Shown: positions 37,361-47,800 of the stretch, piece after piece
Numbering within the stretch: position 1 is the stretch's first letter
Layout of the letters: every line of letters begins with the position of its first letter
Source: a virus
Strand: one strand, 5' to 3'
Virus record (IMG/VR): IMGVR_UViG_3300009408_000001
Coordinates: 32,001-96,000 of that record
Length of the DNA: 64,000 bases
Translations under genes and position numbers: made by a program
The notes under the pieces: generated by a model
The model's input: only the letters and a program-made list of their open reading frames with translations
The model's database searches: none
Told to the model about the DNA's origin: nothing

Positions 37361-37723
37361 ATGACTAAAATACCCGACATGCTTACCGTTATACATGGCA
37401 AGTTACTAGACCACGTTGATGACGTAGGTCCGGAAATCTTCATCCGAGACGCAACGAACAGTCTTGGTGACTTAAGTAAAGCGGAGGAATGGTACAGGCA
37501 GGAAGACATTCGCAGTTGGATTGCATTGTACTTCGTGAATCAAGTTGTCAATGCAAACGTGCAAACGGAAGTACCTGGCGTATTTCGCCTTGCGTACGCC
37601 ACCTGTGACACCGACTTCTTAGACATCTTTGAAACATCCGTTCTCCCTGCGTTTGTCAATTTACCGATTGTGGGCGTTGACATTCCACCACCACGAGGAA
37701 GTAAGTATGAGCAATCGTACTAA
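37361..37723 (+). CDS. hypothetical protein
   Basis: Coupled ORF. Confidence 0.6.
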   Translation: MTKIPDMLTVIHGKLLDHVDDVGPEIFIRDATNSLGDLSKAEEWYRQEDIRSWIALYFVNQVVNANVQTEVPGVFRLAYATCDTDFLDIFETSVLPAFVNLPIVGVDIPPPRGSKYEQSY

Positions 37724-38381
37724 AGTAGAAGCCCTGTGGATAAAGGCGATTGATTCATACGAAGGAGGAACGGTCTCTACGACAATACTGAAGGACATCT
37801 TAAAGGACATGTCGGACAAAATGTTCGAGGCCCTCATGGCAGACTTCCGGGACGGTAACCAGTTTCCATTCATAATGGAGCCCCCTGGTGGGGAGGTTAA
37901 ACTCAGTCCTGAAAAAGGACAGGCGGCCTGTAAGAAAGCCGGAATCAATTTGTACCAACGGGTTAAGTACACGGACGCAGTTACAGGTGACGTTATCCTT
38001 ACACCGGATGAACACATGTGTTACATGCTTTCTGTTCGTCGACAAAATCAGCACTGGGAAAAGAAGAACTCCATTCCAGAAGGAGATACGACCATTGACC
38101 ACGTAACCGGTCAGGTAACTGGGACAGATAAGGGTTCCCGTTTGTCTATTCCTGAGGTACAAATCCTAGAAGCCAAGGGATTAAAGAAATCCATCCTGGA
38201 GATGATCAAAGTCAACGGGGGCGATAGGGAAGCCTCTCAGTCTATGAAGAAATCCATCCGGGAAACCGGTGGGTTTGCACTAGAGCCAATCATAGAGGCG
38301 GGTACAAAACCCACGGTAACCAAGTCACTTAAAGCGTACCTATTTGCAATGGGTCTGGATAACACGGTAGGTAAACAATGA
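37707..38381 (+). CDS. virion RNA polymerase beta subunit C-terminal fragment (phiKZ gp149-like)
   Basis: TGQVTGTDKGSRLSIPEVQILEAKG..SILEMIKVNGGD parallels the RpoB C-terminal T.QP..G....G.R.GEME..AL.A.G....L.E motif. Confidence 0.85.
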   Translation: MSNRTKVEALWIKAIDSYEGGTVSTTILKDILKDMSDKMFEALMADFRDGNQFPFIMEPPGGEVKLSPEKGQAACKKAGINLYQRVKYTDAVTGDVILTPDEHMCYMLSVRRQNQHWEKKNSIPEGDTTIDHVTGQVTGTDKGSRLSIPEVQILEAKGLKKSILEMIKVNGGDREASQSMKKSIRETGGFALEPIIEAGTKPTVTKSLKAYLFAMGLDNTVGKQ

Positions 38382-38872
38382 AAACCAATGTAATCTCAAC
38401 AGTCGAAGTAGAAGAATACCTCGATAAAGCAGTGCGTGTCATGCAAACCCACATGACAATAGAAGAAGTACTGTCCGGTAAGGAGTCTACGTTACCGGCG
38501 TCCATTCTACGTGCCTCTATGGGGGTTCCAATCGACAGCCTGTTGGCATCGCCTGAGACCGCCACTAACTACATCAGTAGACTTGAGAAGTCTGAGAAAG
38601 AGAAGCTGCTTTCTCTGTACAGCCGACTTATGTGTAGGATACCCACCCCCAGTGTAAAAGAAGTATCCGCAGTTTTCGCACAGGGTGCATGGGTACATCA
38701 TGTGGTGTCGTCAAATGACCGGCATCCGGTGGAGACGTTAACTACCTTGGCAGAAGCTAACTTGGTAAAGTACCCGATTCTGTTTGTGTCCGCTTTGTTC
38801 TCTAATCTGTCAGCGGAACAATATACAAAGCTTGGGGTGATTTCATCTAACAAGAGATCGAGGATCCGATGA
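38378..38872 (+). CDS. hypothetical protein
   Basis: ATGA coupling. Confidence 0.6.
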   Translation: MKTNVISTVEVEEYLDKAVRVMQTHMTIEEVLSGKESTLPASILRASMGVPIDSLLASPETATNYISRLEKSEKEKLLSLYSRLMCRIPTPSVKEVSAVFAQGAWVHHVVSSNDRHPVETLTTLAEANLVKYPILFVSALFSNLSAEQYTKLGVISSNKRSRIR

Positions 38873-39564
38873 GTTCCCGTCCGAATAGAAAGATCCTTGT
38901 TACCCTTGATTCTCTCCAGGACACATTCTTATCCACCTTATACCTGGCTAACCCAGAAGCAACCATGGCGTGTCTGGAGAACGGTAAGTACCATCGCCGT
39001 TTTTCCAACCGGGCTAGCTTGTTGGACAACCGGTTTGACGACAAGGAGGTTGAACGCCTGTGGAAGAACCGAGGGATGGAGACACTGATGTCGTCCGTCT
39101 GTACGGGGATCGTTCAGGAGATTCAGAAGACGGTGAAAGAGGCTCGTACAGGTGAGGAATCACCTACCCCTACTAAGGTGGAGATACATGTGGACTATGC
39201 TCCGTATCCGCTGGAGGACGGGGAGGTAGCACAGTACGCTCACATCCTGGGTAACCTGTTCGTATGTGATGCTCTCTCTATGGTTAGCTATGGAACGGCT
39301 AACCTTACACCAGCTGGATTGTCTGGATACGACATATGTGTATATCACGAGTACAACGACTGGTTCACCACACACGTAAATACATTACCCAATGGTGAGA
39401 TGCATGAGGTGGAGTTTTGCTTTCCAGAGTTAGTTTCTGCGAAGATGGACGAATGGAAAGATGAGCTACGTGGGTACCTGGCGTTTCATGCCGTGTCTCT
39501 CATGAGTGAGTTCTGTAGACCTAAGTGCATGCCCCTGGCACTGTACAGTGCTCGACACAATTAA
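38869..39564 (+). CDS. phiKZ-like conserved hypothetical protein
   Basis: ATGA coupling; N-terminal ILVTLDSLQDT. Confidence 0.6.
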   Translation: MSSRPNRKILVTLDSLQDTFLSTLYLANPEATMACLENGKYHRRFSNRASLLDNRFDDKEVERLWKNRGMETLMSSVCTGIVQEIQKTVKEARTGEESPTPTKVEIHVDYAPYPLEDGEVAQYAHILGNLFVCDALSMVSYGTANLTPAGLSGYDICVYHEYNDWFTTHVNTLPNGEMHEVEFCFPELVSAKMDEWKDELRGYLAFHAVSLMSEFCRPKCMPLALYSARHN

Positions 39565-39572
39565 GGGACTAT

Positions 39573-39588
39573 ATTACCAATGTGAGCA
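39573..39588 (+). promoter_or_regulatory. early-promoter-like motif facing antisense into the 39619-39996 gene
   Basis: TATATTAC CAATG TGAGCA. Confidence 0.45.
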
Positions 39589-39618
39589 TAGATACCACGC
39601 ACTTAAGCGTGGCATTGT

Positions 39619-39996
39619 TTATGGACTCATCTTCTTCTCAACAAACTCTTCAAAGGTTACTGAGGATACTTCCGTGGATAACTCCCCCTCTATTGGTTCG
39701 AAGGCATCCAGTGCTGACGCGTCAATTCGTTCACCCTCTACTACGTTTGGACCCGGTGGTACCATCCCTGGAGAAGTGGCCTTGGATACCATAAGTAACA
39801 GCGCACCTGCCAGTTCTGTTTTAGCCTTTACACTGTCTCCGTCTACGTTTATTCGGAGTTGTGCGGTAGAGGTTTGTGACATGCTTGACAGGAGCATAAT
39901 CCGTGTTCTCGGGTCAAGGTCATCAGCAGCAAGCGCCAGTCGTTCTCTTTGAACGTAATCTAACATTGTTTGCGGGTCTGTTTTTACCGTACTCAT
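39619..39996 (-). CDS. hypothetical protein
   Basis: GGAG RBS on the minus strand. Confidence 0.65.
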   Translation of the reverse strand: MSTVKTDPQTMLDYVQRERLALAADDLDPRTRIMLLSSMSQTSTAQLRINVDGDSVKAKTELAGALLLMVSKATSPGMVPPGPNVVEGERIDASALDAFEPIEGELSTEVSSVTFEEFVEKKMSP

Positions 39997-40026
39997 TGGT
40001 GTTCTCCAGATATAAGGGACCAGGAT

Positions 40027-40545
40027 ATGTTTGGTTTTTTACTGCGTATGGTCCATGTAATCAAGGTAGATTACTACACGTTTACACTACATACGTATCC
40101 AAAGAATATATACTCCCCCGGGCGTACCCGGGTGGAGATGCAATTATGCAAGCTCATCCTAAGTCGTCGAAACGATACGGTTCACCCGTTACACGGGGAA
40201 TACATCACCTGTACAGCCATAAGTCTACCCGGGTATAGGAAGGCACTGGCTAACAACCTAATCGCCTTACAGGGTAATCGTACGAGACTTGGAACAGATG
40301 CCACCTACATGTCCACCTTTCCAGTAAAGCGAAGCCTGGGAGAGTGGTTATGGCCAACACGACGGGACAACAACTACACCTTATCCACCGTAATACACGA
40401 CATACATGCTAGCCTGACGGTCATCATGTCCACGATAGAAAAGGAGGAGGAAGCTCTCACTAGAAAACAACTGGAAACATGGTGTACCGACCTCACTGTA
40501 ATTAACAGTGAGTTAACCCGGGTACTGATTACAGTACCCAATTAA
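40027..40545 (+). CDS. hypothetical protein
   Basis: AGGA RBS before ATG 40027. Confidence 0.55.
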   Translation: MFGFLLRMVHVIKVDYYTFTLHTYPKNIYSPGRTRVEMQLCKLILSRRNDTVHPLHGEYITCTAISLPGYRKALANNLIALQGNRTRLGTDATYMSTFPVKRSLGEWLWPTRRDNNYTLSTVIHDIHASLTVIMSTIEKEEEALTRKQLETWCTDLTVINSELTRVLITVPN

Positions 40546-40563
40546 TTCCCAGGAGAACTCTCT

Positions 40564-41235
40564 GTGGCGAATAGACGAGGTGTATCAAAAATACACCAGA
40601 TGATTGGCGATATACAGTCTGGGCGACAACCCAGACCATCTTCTATACTCCTTAGCCTTGTGTGTAAGAGTTTCTTTTCACTGGAAGTGAATGGTCCAAA
40701 GTGGGAGAAACTGGTTTCACTCTGGCAAGGAGCTAACTCAAAGGTACTAGGAAAGAAAGCCGCTACCTCCTTAAAGGGGAACCTTGAACAGGCAATTACA
40801 CGCGGCGGCATGTCCTGGTCCATATGGTATCGCTTTATACAAACCATGAACGCGGAGCACCGGTTCAAACGCATCAGGTTTACAGTGACATTCACTGACC
40901 GACAGGATAACGACATTTCAGTATGGACCGACCTAGTAGATAGGGAAGTCGGACTGGGAGACGTAGGTTTGTCAGAAGGAACACTTAATCCAGATGTTAA
41001 GGTACTTAACCCTGGGACCACGGTTGTCCCTGGGACGGTATATTTCGTGACTGACTTTAAGGACTCGAAACTTAATGGCCTTAGTCTGAAGTATACGGGT
41101 AACCACCCGGTAGAAGTACTGGACGGTGACCTTACTGGATTATCTCGGGTAGGCAGTATAATCATGACTGCATCTGGGAATATCGACAATAACTGGAGTG
41201 TTGAAAAGAATGCAGATGGAGTCGACAATGAATAA
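40564..41235 (+). CDS. hypothetical protein
   Basis: ORF overlapping the start of the macrodomain gene; the opposite-strand ORF is judged a shadow. Confidence 0.55.
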   Translation: MANRRGVSKIHQMIGDIQSGRQPRPSSILLSLVCKSFFSLEVNGPKWEKLVSLWQGANSKVLGKKAATSLKGNLEQAITRGGMSWSIWYRFIQTMNAEHRFKRIRFTVTFTDRQDNDISVWTDLVDREVGLGDVGLSEGTLNPDVKVLNPGTTVVPGTVYFVTDFKDSKLNGLSLKYTGNHPVEVLDGDLTGLSRVGSIIMTASGNIDNNWSVEKNADGVDNE

Positions 41236-41680
41236 GGACACCCGTGGGATCATTACTGCGGTTGCGTCAGGTGACTACGATTATGTCTTACACGGGTGTA
41301 ACTGTTTTAACCGATTGGGTCCAGTCGTGGCTAAGTTACTGGCCGATGAATACCCAGAAGTAAAGCGAGCAGACCAGGCAACTGTCTACGGTGATCGGAA
41401 TAAGTTGGGAACCGTATCGTGGGCTAAGGTTGATAACGGGACGGTAATTGTGAACGTGTACTTGCAATACCGGTACGGTCCAGCCAGACAACATCACTTA
41501 GATTACGTTGCCCTACGACGAGCACTCCTATACTTGACAATGGTGTATCCGGACGTCCTAAGTAGCAAAGTAGCATTCCCTAGGATCGGAACGGGAAACG
41601 CCGGTGGTAGGTGGGGGAAGGTTAGGAACATCCTTACTGAATTACTCCCTACATCGGAGCTTACACTTATAACCACGTGA
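41228..41680 (+). CDS. macrodomain (ADP-ribose-binding/processing) protein, divergent
   Basis: VLHGCNC, GDRNKLG, IVN.Y.Q..YG, FPRIGTGNAGG.W. Confidence 0.85.
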   Translation: MNKDTRGIITAVASGDYDYVLHGCNCFNRLGPVVAKLLADEYPEVKRADQATVYGDRNKLGTVSWAKVDNGTVIVNVYLQYRYGPARQHHLDYVALRRALLYLTMVYPDVLSSKVAFPRIGTGNAGGRWGKVRNILTELLPTSELTLITT

Positions 41681-41681
41681 T

Positions 41682-41713
41682 AAAGGAACGCCCTTAGGGG
41701 TGTTTCTTTTTTT
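41682..41713 (+). terminator. intrinsic terminator
   Basis: GGAACGCCC-TTAG-GGGTGTTTC then a T tract. Confidence 0.7.
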
Positions 41714-41727
41714 GGAGTATTCCAGAA

Positions 41728-42696
41728 ATGGCAGCAGAACTCAAGGACTCGGTTTTTACCTCCGGGCCAAACGAAGCACTGGACACGGTGGATGTATACT
41801 CACCAGAAGGACTACTAACCTTAAATAACCTCCTCGGAATACTAGGAGCGGGTGGTGCTACTGATAAGTCATTTGACTACCTGTCCAAGCTACCAGAAGG
41901 AGTGGGATTATCGTTTCCAGTTGGTGACTTACTTGACATGGGGATCTCACCCAATCAGTTAAGGGCACTGTTTCCAAAGGGAGTTCCCACAGGGATAGAC
42001 TTACTCCAGTATTTACGGGATTATCCTGGGCTAGACATGACTGGCTTCCGTGGGTCACTTGCCGCTATTGCTGACCTATATTCACGGGTGGACTTAGATA
42101 ACCTAACCTTAATTGAGTTCGAGCGTCTGGTTTTCTCCGGCATAGAGGGGTCTCACTGGGGACCAGGTGGCAATTACTACCCCGGGATAGAGGTTGCTAG
42201 GCTAGTAGGTCGATTGTCGGAGTTACCTCCTGTCGATGTCATTGTGGCAGTCAGGGAGATCCTCTCTCTTAACCCGGAGGTATCAGTGGCAATGGCTGAC
42301 CACATCCAGGTACTTCTTGCGGCAGTTGGAAACGTGGCTGGTGCTGCTGCTGTTAACGCAAGTGGATTGGGTTCTGGCTCCACACTTGTTGCCAGAATGA
42401 CTGTGGAAAGAGCGTTGGCATCGGTAGCCCACCATGGGCGTACCCCCTCTAAATTGGAGGCAGTGTCCTTTGTTGACTTACTCATCTCGATATTGGCCAC
42501 GTGGGGGTGGGTCATGCGCGGCGGTGTCCTTATTTCTGACCTCACCATTTATGGGTATGCTTCACGCGATGCACTTTACATGATGTTACTCGATCCAAGG
42601 GTAGCCGGTGCAGCGGACATCTGTACCCGCATCAGTGTGGAGAGACATTACGTTCGTGACGTGGTTAACCGTTCCTATCAGTACCTATCCGTATGA
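41728..42696 (+). CDS. phiKZ-like virion structural protein
   Basis: N-terminal SVFTSGPNEALDTVDVY; position next to the gp182-like gene; recognised from memory. Confidence 0.6.
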   Translation: MAAELKDSVFTSGPNEALDTVDVYSPEGLLTLNNLLGILGAGGATDKSFDYLSKLPEGVGLSFPVGDLLDMGISPNQLRALFPKGVPTGIDLLQYLRDYPGLDMTGFRGSLAAIADLYSRVDLDNLTLIEFERLVFSGIEGSHWGPGGNYYPGIEVARLVGRLSELPPVDVIVAVREILSLNPEVSVAMADHIQVLLAAVGNVAGAAAVNASGLGSGSTLVARMTVERALASVAHHGRTPSKLEAVSFVDLLISILATWGWVMRGGVLISDLTIYGYASRDALYMMLLDPRVAGAADICTRISVERHYVRDVVNRSYQYLSV

Positions 42697-42704
42697 CAAC
42701 ATAG

Positions 42705-42737
42705 TTACCCCTCCCTTTTTTGGGAGGGGCTTTATGC
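42705..42737. terminator. bidirectional terminator
   Basis: CCCCTCCC-TTTTTT-GGGAGGGG between convergent genes. Confidence 0.8.
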
Positions 42738-44785
42738 TACCTGTGCACCGATTTGAACAGTCCAGCGATCGTTCTTCCTGGACCGATACCTGAGAACTGC
42801 GCCGCATGGTGAGTTGGTGACATCCATGCTTCAAAACTGGCCAACTGCTGTCGCCATGCTAACTTTAACTTGGCGGTTCCATAGTACTGGTCGTACAGTG
42901 ACAACCCACTCAGACACGCAAGGTATCGTGTGAAAGCGGTTTCTTCATCGAATGCACTCATGGATAAGAAATCCAATGGTCCCGAAAGGGGAGACAGCGG
43001 CATGTGTGCGAGCTTATCTAGGTTCAGTACTGAAATCGTGATATCGATTCGTGCAGGTATGTTATCTACGGTCCACCCAATTCCACCACCGCCTGAAGTC
43101 ACCGTTACGGAATCAATGATTCCCTTCTCAATGTTGTTCTTACCGTGGTGAAACATACGACATAACAAAGGACTCGTATAAGAATGTTTACCCGTGCTCA
43201 GTGGCATAACTCCCGCAAGAATTGCAGCAAGGGGCACCAGGCGAGTTAACATAACCGAGGTTTTATTCCCATATGGACCGCCTAGTGAGATGGTAAATGA
43301 AGAAGTGGGTAACTGGGTAGTAGACGCTTCCCAGAACTCTGGCATATCTACCATTGCGCTTCCGCCTAAGCCAGCTAAGTTTCCCATGCCAATCGAAGCA
43401 AGGCCACCTTCCATCAAGTTTTTTACAGCGGTGAATGCACTTTCCGCCATGCTAGCTATGGCACCATCCCCAACGTTACCATGTGCGAAGTCAAAGAACT
43501 TACTCCTTGCACCAGAACTGGTGGAGTTAAATGATCCTTCTAGGTCGGACTTTCTAGTGGAGTTAGTCACAGACATCTGTGTGGTGGGTATGTGATCTAC
43601 GTAGAACCCTACCCACATGGAACCATCTTCTAGTTCGGCGAGTAGACTACCGTCTCTGGCTTCCTGATGTACGTCTCCTACCTCTTTGGTAGCGTACGAG
43701 ATTGCGGCGTCCTTATCCCCTGCAATTACGTCTGCGTCCAATTCTGCTCTGGTTAATCCCACACCACGCCCAACACTGCTGTTCTTATAGTAGTTGTTCA
43801 TGTACTTTAAGTAGGTAGGTTGGTTTGCATCCCCCGCATTGGCTTGCATGTAGGTTGCGATACCCGGGGGGTCCATGCGTTCCCGAATGTACTTACGAAT
43901 CGCATCATCATAGGATAACTTATCGTTGTATACCGATGCGTCTGCAATTGACTTAAGTGTTCGGTGGTGGTGATTAGCCAGTCGTTGTGCTCTAGTGGAG
44001 ACCGCGAAGATATCAATCCCCCCATTCTTGTTACGAAAGATGTCTGGCATGAGTCGATTCATGACGGAGACGTCGTCCGTGGACATAGCGTCTCCATATG
44101 AAGCGGGTAAACCTGCAGCAGAAGCCGCTTCCTTAACGGTCTCGATCGACTTGTTTAAGAAGTTAAGCGGAACAGGGGGTTCTACGATTCCCAGGTTAAC
44201 CCCAAGCTTGTTTACAATTGTGGACACAGAGCTCCAGTACAGTGCCATGGTTTGTTTTATGTAGTAGAACGATGAGTTGGCACTGCCCAGTAACATTCCG
44301 ACTACGTTGGTAACCATGTTATTAAGGCCAGCAACCGCCTGCAATGGCAACGTAAGTAAGAACCCTATCGCATACCCTGCTTCAAAGAAGAACCCTCTAG
44401 AGTCACCTGTGTTAGCCAGGCGGGCCATCTGTGTATCATAGTACTTTGAAAAGAATCCAGTTAGACTGTTGTGTTTAGGCAGTCCAAACTGGAAGTACAC
44501 GATTTCAGCGTTGTCGTCAATCACACTGCTGTAATATTCCCCCTGTCCGTCAGACATACCAACCGGTCCGAATCCGGGCATACGTGGGTCAGCAAAGGGC
44601 GTAAACTGTGGTTTGGGGTTCAGCCCAAGGTTACCACCCAGTGATGAATCTGTGTATTTCAAATCTGCACTGGTGTAGTTCCGGTTGGCTTTAGCTCTAC
44701 CCCCCATGACTTTACCAGGGATGAGGTAAACTTGCTGTATCCAATCGTGGTCAGATCGTATCTTTAGAAAATCTGCTGCGGCCAT
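42737..44785 (-). CDS. baseplate hub/tail structural protein (phiKZ gp182-like)
   Basis: Directly downstream of the tape measure gene; DTSLGGN..NP.PQFT.FADPR-type motif; AGGAG RBS. Confidence 0.75.
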   Translation of the reverse strand: MAAADFLKIRSDHDWIQQVYLIPGKVMGGRAKANRNYTSADLKYTDSSLGGNLGLNPKPQFTPFADPRMPGFGPVGMSDGQGEYYSSVIDDNAEIVYFQFGLPKHNSLTGFFSKYYDTQMARLANTGDSRGFFFEAGYAIGFLLTLPLQAVAGLNNMVTNVVGMLLGSANSSFYYIKQTMALYWSSVSTIVNKLGVNLGIVEPPVPLNFLNKSIETVKEAASAAGLPASYGDAMSTDDVSVMNRLMPDIFRNKNGGIDIFAVSTRAQRLANHHHRTLKSIADASVYNDKLSYDDAIRKYIRERMDPPGIATYMQANAGDANQPTYLKYMNNYYKNSSVGRGVGLTRAELDADVIAGDKDAAISYATKEVGDVHQEARDGSLLAELEDGSMWVGFYVDHIPTTQMSVTNSTRKSDLEGSFNSTSSGARSKFFDFAHGNVGDGAIASMAESAFTAVKNLMEGGLASIGMGNLAGLGGSAMVDMPEFWEASTTQLPTSSFTISLGGPYGNKTSVMLTRLVPLAAILAGVMPLSTGKHSYTSPLLCRMFHHGKNNIEKGIIDSVTVTSGGGGIGWTVDNIPARIDITISVLNLDKLAHMPLSPLSGPLDFLSMSAFDEETAFTRYLACLSGLSLYDQYYGTAKLKLAWRQQLASFEAWMSPTHHAAQFSGIGPGRTIAGLFKSVHR

Positions 44786-44810
44786 GTGTCATCTTCTCCT
44801 GAGACTGCAT

Positions 44811-44841
44811 AAAAAGGTAACCCCCAGAACGGGGGTTACAC
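44811..44841 (-). terminator. intrinsic terminator after the tape measure gene
   Basis: GTAACCCCC-GTTCT-GGGGGTTAC then a T tract and TATGC on the minus strand. Confidence 0.8.
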
Positions 44842-44852
44842 ACGGGTATATG

Positions 44853-47800
44853 CTATGACTTAAAGTCCACAACCGATTTAAACACCGTAGTGTCTGTGTT
44901 CGGCAGCGCTTTCTTTATGCTGTCATTGCTGTTACCAGAGGAATCACCCTTCACAACGATCGTAGTATCTTTACTGGCAATAGTCTCCAGTTTTTCGATC
45001 ATACGCTCTTGGTTGTTGATCATAGTATTTCTCTGTTCTTCTGCGGCGATACTGAGTGCGATCTGCTGTTTCATCGCACCAACCGTATCATCCCGAGTTC
45101 TAGACGCTAGGTCCATGTGGCGAAGTGCCAACCCATCGGATGCACTTAAGCGTTTCCGGGGAGTTAAACTGACTTCAGCTTCTGGACGACGACGAGTTAC
45201 AGGTACCGGTGTAAATTTAACTGACTCTTGTCTACGGGATGCACGGTACGCCATTTCCTTAGCGTCTTGTTCATCCCGCATCGTTTGCAGTTTACTGGCA
45301 ACCGTAATTCCTTCAGGGGGCTTGGACACAGGCTCCTTAACCGTTACCCTTTCTTCTGGAGGAAGTTGCTTAGCATTTACCCTAGCCACCATGGCGTCAT
45401 GTTCTTCCGATGCAAGCTCATTCCGCGTGGCAGGTGGGGTTGGTTGGTCATCACTAATGAACGTCATGGCCTCCCTAGCAGACAGTTTTGAAAACTGTCT
45501 CATTGTTAGCGGGTGTTTCCCGGACCGTTTCCGGATAGAGTTAACCGCTGTCAATGCCCGTTCTAACCTACTACCCTCTACATTCAGATTCCTTTCTAAA
45601 TCCTTAGAGCGATCGTAAGGTAGGGTACTTGTCCTAGGTTTCTCCGTAGGTGGGGGAGTAACCGAGGAACCGTACTTATTCGCCATCATGGTGTTACCCA
45701 TTGATTTTTTCTCTTCCATAAGCGCACCCACTTCAGTGGCGGACATCGATGCAACCTGCATCATTGACATACCGGGTTTCCCCAGATCAGCCAGGGTGTT
45801 TGACACCATGGTGTACTTACGCTGCATCACACCAATCTCAAGTTGAGACAACCCTTCGGTTGCCTTCTCAATCTCGGCAGCGGTAACTTGGTGCCTAAGT
45901 GAAGTAGGTCGCGTCACAGACGGTGTAACCCGTGTCGTAGGTTGCACAGGAGTAACCCCCGGCATTGTAGGTGCCGTGCCGTACTTATTCGCCATCATGG
46001 TGTTACCTAGGGCCTTTTTCTCTGCAACAAGTGCAGACACGGCCTCCGGTTTCATATCCATGACTTCTTGCATCGTAATCCCAGGTCGACCCAGGTCGGA
46101 TAACATGGCAGATACCATGGTGTACTTACGCTGCATCACGCCAATCTCAACCGGTGTCTTTCCTTCTGACATGGTTTCAATTTCGTCTTTTGTAACGACA
46201 TGTCGTTTTGCAACCACCTTTTCAGGAACAGGAGCAGTAGGAGAACTTCCTTTATCCGATGCAGGGCTGGCAGAATCAGTCAACTTCTGTAGCTTAGCAC
46301 TGGGTGGGGATTGCTTTGCAGCAAGGGTGTCTACCCCTTCGAGGCCATCCGACTGCCCCTCTACCTTACTCCCCTTGGCGATTTCCTCAGCGGTCTTTAT
46401 CTCATTAACCGCTGCTGTTTTGTCCACGGATCTAAAACCGGAAACCGGATCAGTAGTGGGCCCCCACTGTTTAAGGTTCTTCCGCCATTCAAAATGGAGG
46501 TGGTTACCGTCACTAAGTCCTGTGTTTCCAACGGTACCGAGCAACTGGCCCTGGAGGACGGTATCCCCTATATGTAACCCACGTGCGCGTGAGTTCATGT
46601 GGGCATACCGGGTAGATGTCCCATCTGCATGCCTCAGGTAAACGACATTGCCATAACTAGGTGAATAATGCGAACGCATGACCCTACCATCCATAGCAGC
46701 GACGACGGGTGTTCCCTTGGGTGCGGCTATATCTATTCCCTTGTGGAAAGACCGTTCCCCCCCAATGGGGTGTTTACGCCAACCGTACGGAGAACTGATT
46801 CTTCCTTCAGCCGGTATCATCATCTTAGACTTGCGTCCTAGGTCATCCCCACCACCGTATATTACAGAGGCACCAACCAATGCACCCGCAACCAAACCGA
46901 TGGCCTTTTTCTTTCCCTTCTTTTCAGTAGGGGGATTAGGGTCCCGTTCGTTTTCCTTCCTGGCTTTCTCTTCGGCATCGGTTCGTTTCTTATCGTTCCT
47001 AGACTTGTTCTTATCCTCACCAGGTAGTCCTGGTACGAAATCGAAGTCATCTAATTCAGAGTCACTCATAAGGGTTTCTAGCATGCGTCTCGTGTAGTCA
47101 AGTACAATGTCTCGCATGCTGTAAACGGGCTTACCATTGAACGGTGTTGCAAGTACCGCGTATGGGTTGAATCCCCGTTTGATGTCCTTCTCAGTTATCT
47201 GAACCCGATTGATGAACATCGCCTGGTCCTTATCGTCCATCTCATCATCGATGTCAAGTATGTCTACCCCATCGTCTAAACGATACGCTGCTTGGATATG
47301 AGTGTAGAATACGGGAATGAACCGTTTCCGGAACCACGTGTTCCACTCACGACCATGTGCGCGATCGTCCAGAAGCCTATTGAACGCTTCATGGTGCTCT
47401 TCATAGAAGTACGCCGGTTCTTCGTTCAGGGTAGGGGACCCGTTCTTATCCAGATCAATCTCTGACCTTACCTGGTCTTCGAGGGCTCGGATTGCGTAGA
47501 TGAAGTCTTCGTCCTTGAGACTCACCCCGTATTGCAAGAACCTAAGCCCTTCGACAGGTTGTACGTCTGAACCATAGGTTAAATGTTTCGTCAGTTTGTA
47601 CGCGCCCCAGGCGGCCACGCCCACAACCGCAAGGACACCCAGTCCCAACATCAGCGTCCCTACACCCAGTGCCGCAGCAGCCGTGGCTGCTGTGGTGGCA
47701 ACGCTAGTGGCAACGCTAGTGGCTGCCACGGTTGCTGCTACCCTTGCTACCGTTTGCATAACTTTACCTCCAACAGCCTTAGCTGTATCGATCACAACAT

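Noticed and set aside
40542-41228. 228-aa minus-strand ORF
   Set aside because: Complete antisense overlap with 40564-41235, which is coupled to the macrodomain gene; the choice of strand is moderately uncertain
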